This document shows positions 56,201 through 64,000 of a stretch of DNA of 64,000 nt, piece by piece. The notes under the pieces were generated by a model. It saw nothing but the letters and a program-made list of their open reading frames with translations, searched no databases and was not told the DNA's origin. The translations under genes were made by a program, and so were the position numbers. The stretch is taken from IMG/VR virus record IMGVR_UViG_3300047562_003246, positions 1-64,000 of that record. The stretch is one strand, 5' to 3'. How positions within the stretch are numbered: the first letter of the stretch is position 1; each line of letters starts with the position of its first letter. This DNA comes from a virus.

Positions 56201-59200
56201 AGGGAATATCGTAGGACTCACTACTATCGAGCCTGGGTACAAGTTTAGAGCTATTTGCAGAGTCTCCGAGTTTCCAAGTAATCTTCAAGAAAGATTACAC
56301 ATATGGCATGATGCGACTGTCAACGGTACAGCCGACATGGCGAATCGTCGTGTCACAGATCAAGCTTTTATTTCCCTTCCATTTGTTGATCCGCTTGTCA
56401 GTACGTTCTCTTCTCCAGACTCACCGTCGACGACAAAAAGATTGATTACTTTTGTTGTGACTTTCAATAGTGATTTGGCTCAGAACTTAACGCAGCAAGA
56501 TTTTACAATCATCAATGGTGCCATAGGAGCTGCGTATCCAGGTAGTTCTTTTACTGTTTCGCCAAACGGTAGGCAGTACACTTTGGTTGTTTACGCTTTA
56601 GCTGTAGATGACGTGACGGTTATTCTCGCTAACGACGTAGCTCAAGGTGCTCAAGGTCAATTCGTTCAAGGCGGCGAACTTACCGTTGTCTGGTTAGGAC
56701 TAGAAAACTTCTTCATCGAGTGGGTTACGGCTGCGGGAGAATACAGAGATTCTTTTGACTTTCATTTAGTCGTCGAAGAAGGTATTGACCTTGATTATGA
56801 TCAAGTCACTGTAGATAGTTTGGTCTTCAATTCTAATTTGATGAAGATCACTAAACTGCCAGGACAAAACGCTGCCTTTACTGCTATCAGAATACCGAGC
56901 TTGACAGTTGCAGTTTTTGAAGCACCAGCCGGTGTTTATGAATCGGCAGATGGTAGACGTAATAACAAAGCTACTGGCGTCAGGTCGTTACTTGCGTTTC
57001 TTGGCGGCTTAACTATTACTACCGAGACTTCGTTTGTTGTTTACGATAGAGACCTTGTTTTTACTATCACCTCGAATACAAAGATCAACGGCACGATTGA
57101 TCCTAACGATTTGGAGTTTGGTCTTCGTGACAGTCTTTACAATCCTGTTCCAGGATTTAACCAAGACGGTGAGCTTGTAGAGTTTGTTGAAGTTGTTCCA
57201 GGTTACAGATGGACAGGTAGATATCGATTAGACGGACAAATAACTACCACGGCGTACCCGTTCTATATTTGGTATACCAATAATGGCAACGACACTGTTA
57301 ACTACTTCAATCAACCGATACCATCTGGTGCAAGAGCCCGTTTACAAGTTCTAGGAGTATTCGCTGCTGAAATTTGGAATTCAACTCCAGCGGCTTGGTA
57401 CCCGTATCCAGCTATCTTGACGTTCGATATCAGGTTTAATCAGGATTTAGCTGTAGAGCTGACAACTGCTGATTTTGATATCGTCAACGGTAATGTTCAC
57501 ACTAGTTCGCCGTCAAACGGATTTGTAACTGTTACTTCGAAGCGACATTACAAAGTTTATGTTCGACCGATTACTACTGGTAACGTAACAGTAAGCATTG
57601 CAGCGGGCGAAGTAGCTAGCGTCACTGGCGCAAGAAATACAGCAGCTGAAGCTACTGCTTCTTGGACATGGTATTTCCAGTTAACAGGTCAAATTACTCC
57701 GACAGCTAAAGCTGACCAGTTCATGGTAACGTTGAATGTACCGGAGGGCACAATATTACCTGACGCGATGGCTCAGCAAAATGCGTTATCAACAAACAGC
57801 TGGGTCGCGGAGAAGATCTATGTACCCAATACGTTCCAGTGGATTCTAAGGGTACATCCAGCAACAGGTCCCACGTTCAACACATCTGAACCTAGACAGA
57901 TTCAGATTTCGATTAATCGCAATGTTTTCGTGACTGACAATGGTTCTCGTAATGAGCCATATGTTTTTCCTGCGTACAGTTTTACGGTAGTTCCAAACAT
58001 TAATTTGACTGTTGAAACAGACCCACTTAGTACAGGCGAAAACTTTGTTGTAAGAGTTAAGTCAAATACTTACTTTGTTTTTGATCCTGATAGTAATCCG
58101 TCACAAAATATACTGGGCCTTGGCATTATTTGTTATTGCGGGTTTGTTGATGTGTCGGGATTTGATCCTGCTAACTACCTCGCGAGCATCCCTGGATTAA
58201 CGCTTTCCGGCGACAGAGGATATCTGCAATCGACCGAGGTTGACGAGAACTACGAATACACTTGGGCTTTTCAGTTGACAGCAATTAGCCCGCCTAAGCG
58301 AATTCAATATTCTAATCTGATTACTTATGGACATCGTGATCAAGTTAACGTACAGGTTCAAGTCGGCTTTGACGACAATAATCAACCGATTTATCGATTC
58401 AGTCAGGAAGCTTACTTGGCGATTGTTAATAGCGTTATCGGTGATTTTGGTGCACGTCCACTCACTGGCGGCTTATTGCTATCAAACGGTGCTATTTATT
58501 TGGTGCAAGGAGACAAGCTCCATAAGCCTGTCGTACTTGATATTACAAAGCATCTTGTCGAGTTTGATTGGCTTGGTGATGTTTACGCTACATTTAGGCA
58601 CGCATTTCACAACACGTTATTAAATGTGTTTCCTAGATATAAAACTAGATCGATTATTGTTCGTGTTCGTGTACGAGAAATGCCAGCGGGCACAGCTCAA
58701 GTTATTACAGTTGATTGGGGCGACGGTGAAATAGAAAACATCACAGCTTCGCAGGCTGTCAATACTGGAGTTACTGTTCCGAATGAACTTGAGTTTTGGC
58801 TCAGTCACGTTTATCCAGACGCTTCGCTCTATACAGCAAGCATCGAAGCTGTATCCAGCTACACGACGATTACAACATTATGCGAGGCAAGAGTACGAGC
58901 TAACGGCACGTTAACGCGAGTCAGACCCACAGAGATATCGCTTAATCAAATCGTTGCAATCCGAGAAAACCCAAATCGAGACAAACTTAAAGGTCTGGAA
59001 GAAGTCTGTGTTAGTCAAAACTTGACAGGCATGTTGTCGGTCGTAAGCACAGCCGAAGACAAAGTCGTGAAAAGTTTGAAGGCATACACAGGTTATTTAA
59101 AACTACCTGAAGATTATGGGATTTTCAATTTCGATACTAATCCCAATAATCCTTTTCAAGAACGTCTTACCGTGGGCGGTGTGACTTTTGCACCAGTTGA

Positions 59201-60008
59201 GTATCTAGATATCGCTACTACTCATAAGTTGCACGAAGCTTTAGGGTTATCTACTGCATCTTTAGGAGCAAATACAGACGGTGATCGTATTGTTAATTTG
59301 CACGACAGTAAATTCTTCAGTAATACGGATTCAGGTCACATAGGGACATTTAGATATACGACAAACACCCCTTCAGGTTCGCCGTTGTCGCACAGAAATG
59401 TACGATTTCAAAAAGCTGATTTGATCGAATTAAACGGACCTGTTTATTGGCGTATCGAGTTGCAGATACCGCCGCCCGCAGGTACAACACACTGGTTAAA
59501 GTCTGCTAAAGAAATCATAATTCAAAATTCGCCTAGCTTTATTCTCGACGAGCTATCGTTCGATCCTAGGTCTATAGGTACAAGGATTTACAGAATTACT
59601 AACACGCAAAACGTGTCTCTTCGTATCGATTGGCGCAAAAATTTAGCTCAAGCAAATACTTTGTTTTTCCCGAACGCTAACTGGCCTTCCAATACAGAAC
59701 TGGGCGTCCGACTAGTCCATATCATTAATCATCAGATGTCTTATCAAGAAGAACTAGCGTTTTTCACTAGGCTAGAGGGGATGTTGAACACACTAGTTAA
59801 CACATCCGGAGCTTATTCTCGTAGTGCAGGTTTTATACTCCCAGCGGCAACGATTTGCGAGATTTACCTGAAACGAGTTGGTGGGATTAACCCGCAAACT
59901 CCGGACGATATAATGCACAACAACGCGATTTTGCAGTCTATTACGAATATTGCTATATATTCGCAGCAAGCAAACGCACCGAATGTTTTCAGAATTACTA
60001 GAGAGTAA
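53280..60008 (+). CDS. giant (2242 aa) Ig-like repeat adhesin/virion protein with PKD-like domain
   Basis: ten or more units of type TITFNEDVTGL..ADF.V.NG...Y...V.P.G; VDWGDG...SHVY. Confidence 0.8.
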   Translation: MQMRPEQKLHLAQETPNLNQRLSRLGAQYSGTCVIFDSTFGQELDLSLSFVGEDPNYLWVRAVFSKPPANLSTASFTITGPITAHSLSGQDRSFVFVLQKTGFGQASISIATNTVADEAGEFFPATGPIIRDINARPIPVITGPTQVSVGTTQLTITFNEDVTGLSIADFVVTGGSVNSLVGSGDSYTFNLEVASIQTEVQVVLPAGVCQAANLSTNVDSNIYAPVTSKGPLTATVKPTKAIFSTFLTTFLIEWNADVDDSFSQQDLSVNTGTITGFTKITPSKFLVNVTVTEDTTVTLTVVAETVTLLGYDPNLAASGSCQVSTTALTFTLVPPTGWLNGEAVIEVIANGPHSGLLASDFVVQNGVVLDWSPVGNGGSLTVAPTSYGREVVLAVSIPAGVAVNPAGLENNAAGPVQVFHDSLPPAITFVSFTRIGDEYEFAFRTSEIVVRVLDYSHPESSSTVFTGEGLNWVVRVNPIADKGNLQINFPAGLFADKAYNVSAAVSSPVYPFDTVGPVGDWQLVADGHAITRVTNKKNRAFILTFDSQLSAELTIDKLTTSTGLVVSGLEVIQPRRVYRVSTVNSGLTGIAQLSLPVGSVRDMFDNINTTASTVNWDFDFVKPVVSDWSATVDERNVLFVIEFNENVSRNVGNFQVLTQNLTVLDVTFSSRIITVSTTVNSSTPSNNLQVGIALPQNFVLDIADNGNDQTIYFTTIVDTAGPTVTITSPQHPQTSSQLVTFGIESSDPLSSDLVRSQLQLVNATLDPLSDLDTSFVINTPGRVYTATVRAVQDGEVRLTVPANILLDLDGNPNSQGSLTVLVGSRFNLTLAFSAGSKPDTRVLTVSSSIAIDQSSLTVSDINPSEGALSVEAGDSFNRFVIQLNPALTTARATIPSGEVLSTTGRVNNQATQQTSYAAMLASAIMTSTTQQVRRNVDIPVDITWNIRVQRFTVADLKIGIRNVDLQIITGTGFVGNIVGLTTIEPGYKFRAICRVSEFPSNLQERLHIWHDATVNGTADMANRRVTDQAFISLPFVDPLVSTFSSPDSPSTTKRLITFVVTFNSDLAQNLTQQDFTIINGAIGAAYPGSSFTVSPNGRQYTLVVYALAVDDVTVILANDVAQGAQGQFVQGGELTVVWLGLENFFIEWVTAAGEYRDSFDFHLVVEEGIDLDYDQVTVDSLVFNSNLMKITKLPGQNAAFTAIRIPSLTVAVFEAPAGVYESADGRRNNKATGVRSLLAFLGGLTITTETSFVVYDRDLVFTITSNTKINGTIDPNDLEFGLRDSLYNPVPGFNQDGELVEFVEVVPGYRWTGRYRLDGQITTTAYPFYIWYTNNGNDTVNYFNQPIPSGARARLQVLGVFAAEIWNSTPAAWYPYPAILTFDIRFNQDLAVELTTADFDIVNGNVHTSSPSNGFVTVTSKRHYKVYVRPITTGNVTVSIAAGEVASVTGARNTAAEATASWTWYFQLTGQITPTAKADQFMVTLNVPEGTILPDAMAQQNALSTNSWVAEKIYVPNTFQWILRVHPATGPTFNTSEPRQIQISINRNVFVTDNGSRNEPYVFPAYSFTVVPNINLTVETDPLSTGENFVVRVKSNTYFVFDPDSNPSQNILGLGIICYCGFVDVSGFDPANYLASIPGLTLSGDRGYLQSTEVDENYEYTWAFQLTAISPPKRIQYSNLITYGHRDQVNVQVQVGFDDNNQPIYRFSQEAYLAIVNSVIGDFGARPLTGGLLLSNGAIYLVQGDKLHKPVVLDITKHLVEFDWLGDVYATFRHAFHNTLLNVFPRYKTRSIIVRVRVREMPAGTAQVITVDWGDGEIENITASQAVNTGVTVPNELEFWLSHVYPDASLYTASIEAVSSYTTITTLCEARVRANGTLTRVRPTEISLNQIVAIRENPNRDKLKGLEEVCVSQNLTGMLSVVSTAEDKVVKSLKAYTGYLKLPEDYGIFNFDTNPNNPFQERLTVGGVTFAPVEYLDIATTHKLHEALGLSTASLGANTDGDRIVNLHDSKFFSNTDSGHIGTFRYTTNTPSGSPLSHRNVRFQKADLIELNGPVYWRIELQIPPPAGTTHWLKSAKEIIIQNSPSFILDELSFDPRSIGTRIYRITNTQNVSLRIDWRKNLAQANTLFFPNANWPSNTELGVRLVHIINHQMSYQEELAFFTRLEGMLNTLVNTSGAYSRSAGFILPAATICEIYLKRVGGINPQTPDDIMHNNAILQSITNIAIYSQQANAPNVFRITRE

Positions 60009-60010
60009 CA

Positions 60011-60604
60011 ATGAGCGAACTAGATAAAACGATTGGAACACTTGACGGTTTGAACAGTATTTTGCTTGGTCAAATCGAGAACGGACAGCTGCCCAAGTTT
60101 GCGCAGGATCCTACAACTGCCGGTGCCTACGGTGAACCGATACCGGCGGAAATGGTTCAGCAAGGTGCAACGCAAATGGCACCAGAACCTGGAGCAGCAA
60201 GCGGTATGCCGCCAGAGCAACAAGATCCAATGATGCAGATTGCCGACATGGTCGCTCAGATCGGCCAGCTACTAGAGCAAGGCATGATGCAGATTCTCGA
60301 AGTCTTGACTCGTATGGACGAAACCAATCAGCGGGTCGAGAAACAGTTAGTGCTGATGTCCGGCGCAACACTAGGACAGCAAGCCACGATGGCGGCAAAT
60401 CCGATTGTTCCTCCACCGCCACAAGCAGCAGGACCTGGACCAGCTCAGCCGCAAAAGATGGCAAGCGATGAGATCGAACTTCCTGCTGCACAGCGAGACG
60501 GGCAAATGGCCAAACTCGACAGCGTTGACAGTCTGGGAGAGACGCTTAGAAAAACAAGTAATGTTTTCGAAGCGATCCGAGCGATCAGGGCAAGTGGTGA
60601 GTAA
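60011..60604 (+). CDS. Gln/Pro/Met-rich protein (scaffold-like)
   Basis: low-complexity Q/P/M composition; QKMAS motif. Confidence 0.55.
   Translation: MSELDKTIGTLDGLNSILLGQIENGQLPKFAQDPTTAGAYGEPIPAEMVQQGATQMAPEPGAASGMPPEQQDPMMQIADMVAQIGQLLEQGMMQILEVLTRMDETNQRVEKQLVLMSGATLGQQATMAANPIVPPPPQAAGPGPAQPQKMASDEIELPAAQRDGQMAKLDSVDSLGETLRKTSNVFEAIRAIRASGE
60101..60114 (+). repeat. dispersed 14-bp motif, copy 11 (coding, reads AQDPT)
   Basis: exact match. Confidence 0.95.
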
Positions 60605-60609
60605 TCAGC

Positions 60610-60819
60610 ATGCAGGTGCTAGTTAAAAAAGTCCGCGAACCTGTTGAGCTTGTCGCGGACGAAGCTAACGTCGTGATCTTAAGTAACGACGGACAACATG
60701 CTCATGTCATCATTGAGTCTGAGCTAAGAGTTGTACGTGTGTATGTGGCCGGTGAACCTGAGTTCGCAGAGAAAGCCAAAAGCTACGGCTTTGATTCGCC
60801 TAAAATAACCAAATTATGA
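60610..60819 (+). CDS. small hypothetical protein
   Basis: coupled by ATGA to next gene. Confidence 0.7.
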   Translation: MQVLVKKVREPVELVADEANVVILSNDGQHAHVIIESELRVVRVYVAGEPEFAEKAKSYGFDSPKITKL

Positions 60820-61028
60820 CAAGCCTTCGAATCGTTAAGCCAGTTCCGAAAAATTCAGCAAGAGAGAGTATTGGTCCGGCCAATACTCTTTCGGTTATTA
60901 CTGTCGATGGTAGTCCTGTTGCGTGTGTTGTAGAAAAACGAGCCGTCGCTTCTGTGCTGACTAAAATTAGTAACACATATAAGCTTGATCCGTCGCGAAT
61001 CAAAGTTACTGAGACTCCGATCATATGA
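60816..61028 (+). CDS. small hypothetical protein
   Basis: ATGA overlaps on both sides. Confidence 0.65.
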   Translation: MTSLRIVKPVPKNSARESIGPANTLSVITVDGSPVACVVEKRAVASVLTKISNTYKLDPSRIKVTETPII

Positions 61029-62950
61029 ACGATCCAACACTTGCGCAGCTACGTTTAGCGAGGATACTCCCAAAGGATTTATATCAACCGGGAGACCCGC
61101 TCAATAAAAAAGAGCAACAAAAGATTCTGACGCAAATTGCCAAGAATAATCCAGACAAGTACAAGCAGGTCGTTGAAGCTTTAAACGAAGTAGGTCTTGA
61201 GGTAGCAAGACTCGACGGTACTTCGTCTATTGGTATCGAAGATATCGCGATGCCAGCAAGAGCTAAAGTTCGTCGCACAAAGATGCGAGAACAAATTGAA
61301 AAGATGCTCGATAGTAGTCGAGACAAGCAACTGCCTAGGGCAGATATTCATCGCAAGATCATGGAAGTACTTGCAAAGAATGTAGCTGACGATGTAGAAG
61401 AGATCTATCAAGACTCTAAAGCAGAGAAAAATCCGCTGGCTATCCAAGTAGATAACGCCGGTCGCGGTAATAAGTCTTCGATTGCTGCAATTCGAGGTGG
61501 AGAGCTTGTTGCTAAAGATTCTTACGGAAAGCTTATTCCTATTTTGCTTGACAGGTCTTATTCGCAGGGCTTAACGCCTATGCAGTATATGGCCGGGCAA
61601 GAGGCTGCACGTATCGGCGTGGTCGATACAAAGCTATCTGTTGCCTCGTCTGGTTATGTTAACAAAACAATGTCACAAGCTGTTCACAGACTTGTTGTCA
61701 GCGCTCTTGATGATGAGTCTGCTGTTGGGCGAGGACTTGCTGTACCTACGGATGATCGTGATAACGACGGAGCGGCATTATCTTTCGATTACGGACCCTA
61801 TAAGCGTAATACGATTATCACACCTAAGATTCGTAAAAATCTTATTGAAATGGGTCATGACGAAATTGTCGTTAGAAGTCCCATCGCATCAGGAGCAAAA
61901 GACGGTGGTGTACTTGCCTGGGATTTAGGCGAAAGAAATTACGGGAGACTTCCTGAACTTGGCGAGTACGCAAATTTAGCTGCGTCAAACTCTATCGGTG
62001 AAGCCGTCACGCAGGCTACGCTAAATTCCAAGCACAATTCGAATGTTTCGATGCGAGATATCGAAGCCCTTGATGATGAAAATAGATTTACTCTAAAAGG
62101 CTTTGAGCTTATCGACAGAGTCATCAATCCGTCTGGTGAGCAAAGAGGTTTTGCAGTTCATGCTGAGTCCGATGGACGGGTTGGTTTAATTAGACCTGCT
62201 CCTCAGGGCGGGCATTATGTCATGATCGGGCTTAAACAGCATTACGTGTTACCAGGGTTTAAGATCAACGTAAAGCCTGGAGAAGAAGTTGAAGCCGGTC
62301 AGCAATTAACTGAAGGAATACCTAATCACGCTGCCGTCACAAAACTTCGAGGTATCGGTGAAGGTCGCCGCGCAGTTGTTGAAGCTATGACTAGGGCTCT
62401 TAAGGAAAACGGACAAAAAGGTTACCGCAGAAATCTGGAGATTCTCGCCAGAGGGTTAGTCGATCGTGTGCGTATGACCGACGAGTATGGCGATTTTATT
62501 CCAGATGATGTTGTTCCGTACCATAGACTTGAAGCGACCTGGAAACCGCGAGAAGACAGTTACGAGCTACAAACAGATCGTGCGATCGGAAAGTTCCTCG
62601 AAAAGCCTGTGCTACACTATAGCATCGGAACACCTATCAAACCTTCGATGGTGAAAACTTTACAAAAGCACGGGATTAAAAGCCTAGTAGTTAACGAAGC
62701 AGCTCCTCCGTTTGAACCCACCGTCGTTAGGGCTGTGGATTTAATGCAAACCGACCCCGACTGGATGACAAGGCAGTTGGGCGGTCACGGACGTAGAAGC
62801 TTCGAAGAAGCTGTCATGCGAGGTCGAGATAGCGATACTTCTGGGACTAGTTACGTTGGTTCTCGTGCAGAATTAGTTTCATTCAATCGTGGCAACTCGA
62901 CAGTAAAACTCGATGAACCAGCCCCAGGCACACCAATATTACCGAGATAG
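61025..62950 (+). CDS. rpoC: DNA-directed RNA polymerase beta-prime subunit, C-terminal half (split phage RNAP)
   Basis: AGRGNK, YSQGLTPMQY..G..AARIGVVDTKLSVASSGYV (bridge helix), AASNSIGEAVTQATLNSKH (trigger loop), RNLEILARGLV; no NADFDGD. Confidence 0.9.
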   Translation: MNDPTLAQLRLARILPKDLYQPGDPLNKKEQQKILTQIAKNNPDKYKQVVEALNEVGLEVARLDGTSSIGIEDIAMPARAKVRRTKMREQIEKMLDSSRDKQLPRADIHRKIMEVLAKNVADDVEEIYQDSKAEKNPLAIQVDNAGRGNKSSIAAIRGGELVAKDSYGKLIPILLDRSYSQGLTPMQYMAGQEAARIGVVDTKLSVASSGYVNKTMSQAVHRLVVSALDDESAVGRGLAVPTDDRDNDGAALSFDYGPYKRNTIITPKIRKNLIEMGHDEIVVRSPIASGAKDGGVLAWDLGERNYGRLPELGEYANLAASNSIGEAVTQATLNSKHNSNVSMRDIEALDDENRFTLKGFELIDRVINPSGEQRGFAVHAESDGRVGLIRPAPQGGHYVMIGLKQHYVLPGFKINVKPGEEVEAGQQLTEGIPNHAAVTKLRGIGEGRRAVVEAMTRALKENGQKGYRRNLEILARGLVDRVRMTDEYGDFIPDDVVPYHRLEATWKPREDSYELQTDRAIGKFLEKPVLHYSIGTPIKPSMVKTLQKHGIKSLVVNEAAPPFEPTVVRAVDLMQTDPDWMTRQLGGHGRRSFEEAVMRGRDSDTSGTSYVGSRAELVSFNRGNSTVKLDEPAPGTPILPR

Positions 62951-62957
62951 CACTTCG

Positions 62958-64000
62958 TTGCCTCCAAGTCGATCGGTAGCGCTTGCCAGATTTAATACTG
63001 ACAAGCATTACTTTACCGACCAGCAAATTCGCCGACAGCAAGCTATTGCTTTACAGCCTGCGATGCAGCAAGCAGCAATGCAGGCTCAGCAAAATTTAGC
63101 TGACCCTACGTCGCAGCAGCAAGGTAAATCTCAAAAGCCAAAACAGCAAACGGCTGAATCTCAATTCAAAAATGTTCCAAAGGTGCCGCAAGCTTTGAAG
63201 CCGCCCACGGTCCCAGGTCAAGGTTCTGTTCCTGGAGGCTCTTTAGGTTTACTACCTAAAAACGCTACTGGTAGTTTTTTAGGAGATTACGGGCACTACA
63301 TCAATAAGTTCTACAATCCATGGAGTGAGGCATGGAAAGAAGAGTCTAATGATGGAATTGAGACAGGGCTTAAATATACGGGCCGGGGTGCTATGGCAGT
63401 GGGTACAACTGCTGCGGCACTTGCTGGCGGTTTAGGTCTCGCAGGTATCGGAACAACAACTGCCATCGGTGGCACTGGTGGAGCAGCCGGAACAGGTACA
63501 GGTTTACTCGGAGGAACACTTGGTATGGGTCGCGGATTTTCAACTCTTGGCAATTTATTTAGTCGCGGCTCTAATTTCATAAGAGGATTTGGTGGCAACG
63601 CTACTAAAGCAGCCAAACCTCCAGGGGCTACCGGAGGTGCTTGGGATACAGCTGGTAAAGTTTGGAATTGGGCAGACCGAGCCATGACGGCTGACTATCT
63701 AGGCTCACTTGTTACTGGCAGTAGTCCGATCGAAAGCGGGCTTAGCATGTTTGGTTTTGGCTCGGGTTCTAATCAAGCAGGCGGTGTAGGTCCTTCCGGT
63801 CCTGCTGATCCTTACAGTCAGTACGATAACACTCCGAATCCTTCGAGTATGTGGAATCAAAGTGGTTACGGTCCACCACCTGCGTACGGAAGGTATAATC
63901 CCGATAACTGGTCAAACTTACCTTCTAACCGTTTTTCGTCTGCGTTACCAACAAAAACTGCGAGCGTTGTTATGCAAAATATTCCTGTAATTCTTCCTGT
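62958..64000 (+). CDS. partial Gly-rich probable virion protein (runs off the window; not in ORF track)
   Basis: open frame from TTG 62958 to the window end; Gly/Ala hydrophobic segment; PTKTAS motif. Confidence 0.7.
   Translation, partial: MPPSRSVALARFNTDKHYFTDQQIRRQQAIALQPAMQQAAMQAQQNLADPTSQQQGKSQKPKQQTAESQFKNVPKVPQALKPPTVPGQGSVPGGSLGLLPKNATGSFLGDYGHYINKFYNPWSEAWKEESNDGIETGLKYTGRGAMAVGTTAAALAGGLGLAGIGTTTAIGGTGGAAGTGTGLLGGTLGMGRGFSTLGNLFSRGSNFIRGFGGNATKAAKPPGATGGAWDTAGKVWNWADRAMTADYLGSLVTGSSPIESGLSMFGFGSGSNQAGGVGPSGPADPYSQYDNTPNPSSMWNQSGYGPPPAYGRYNPDNWSNLPSNRFSSALPTKTASVVMQNIPVILP

Noticed and set aside
567-63685. Minus-strand ORFs in the track (for example 24672..25169, 48509..49081, 47612..48049, 63311..63685)
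   Set aside because: All lie antisense to better + strand genes, lack RBS and recognisable motifs, and fit shadow frames.
1-64000. CRISPR array or DGR
   Set aside because: The 14-bp repeats are kilobases apart with genes between them; no regular spacers, cas genes, reverse transcriptase or TR/VR pair were seen.
1-64000. Stop-codon reassignment (code 15 or 4)
   Set aside because: Genes end with TAA, TAG and TGA and pack tightly under code 11; long ORFs are uninterrupted.

Overview
This window is part of a large (jumbo-like) tailed dsDNA bacteriophage genome; the bacterial host cannot be identified from the sequence. All credible genes are on the + strand and tightly packed. Layout: (i) ~0.1-11.5 kb and ~18-39.5 kb, dense arrays of small accessory genes (AAA_33 kinase, MazG-like, two Sir2-family proteins, three Cys-rich DUF6283-like paralogs, alpha/beta hydrolase, RusA-like, DHH-like, Dit1/PvcA-like, I78-like inhibitor, an extremely acidic protein) separated by intrinsic terminators with long T tracts; (ii) 12.2-18.1 kb, three large multidomain proteins carrying a recurrent K-Q-A/S motif; (iii) ~39.6-60 kb, tail fibre/adhesin/virion genes including a 2242-aa Ig-repeat protein; (iv) 60-64 kb, a stand-alone C-terminal half of an RNA polymerase beta-prime subunit flanked by K-x-A-motif proteins. 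Main discoveries: an exact 14-bp motif, GCGCAGGATCCTAC, occurs 11 times (plus 2 variants) in both intergenic and coding DNA and in several reading frames; two ~120-nt tRNA-shaped RNAs have a ~70-nt insert in place of the anticodon arm (plus a possible 49-nt mini version); a stop-codon-anchored boundary repeat links small genes at 6-7.5 kb. No CRISPR array, rRNA, canonical tRNA, integrase, transposase or reverse transcriptase was seen. All family assignments come from motif recognition by eye, not database searches.
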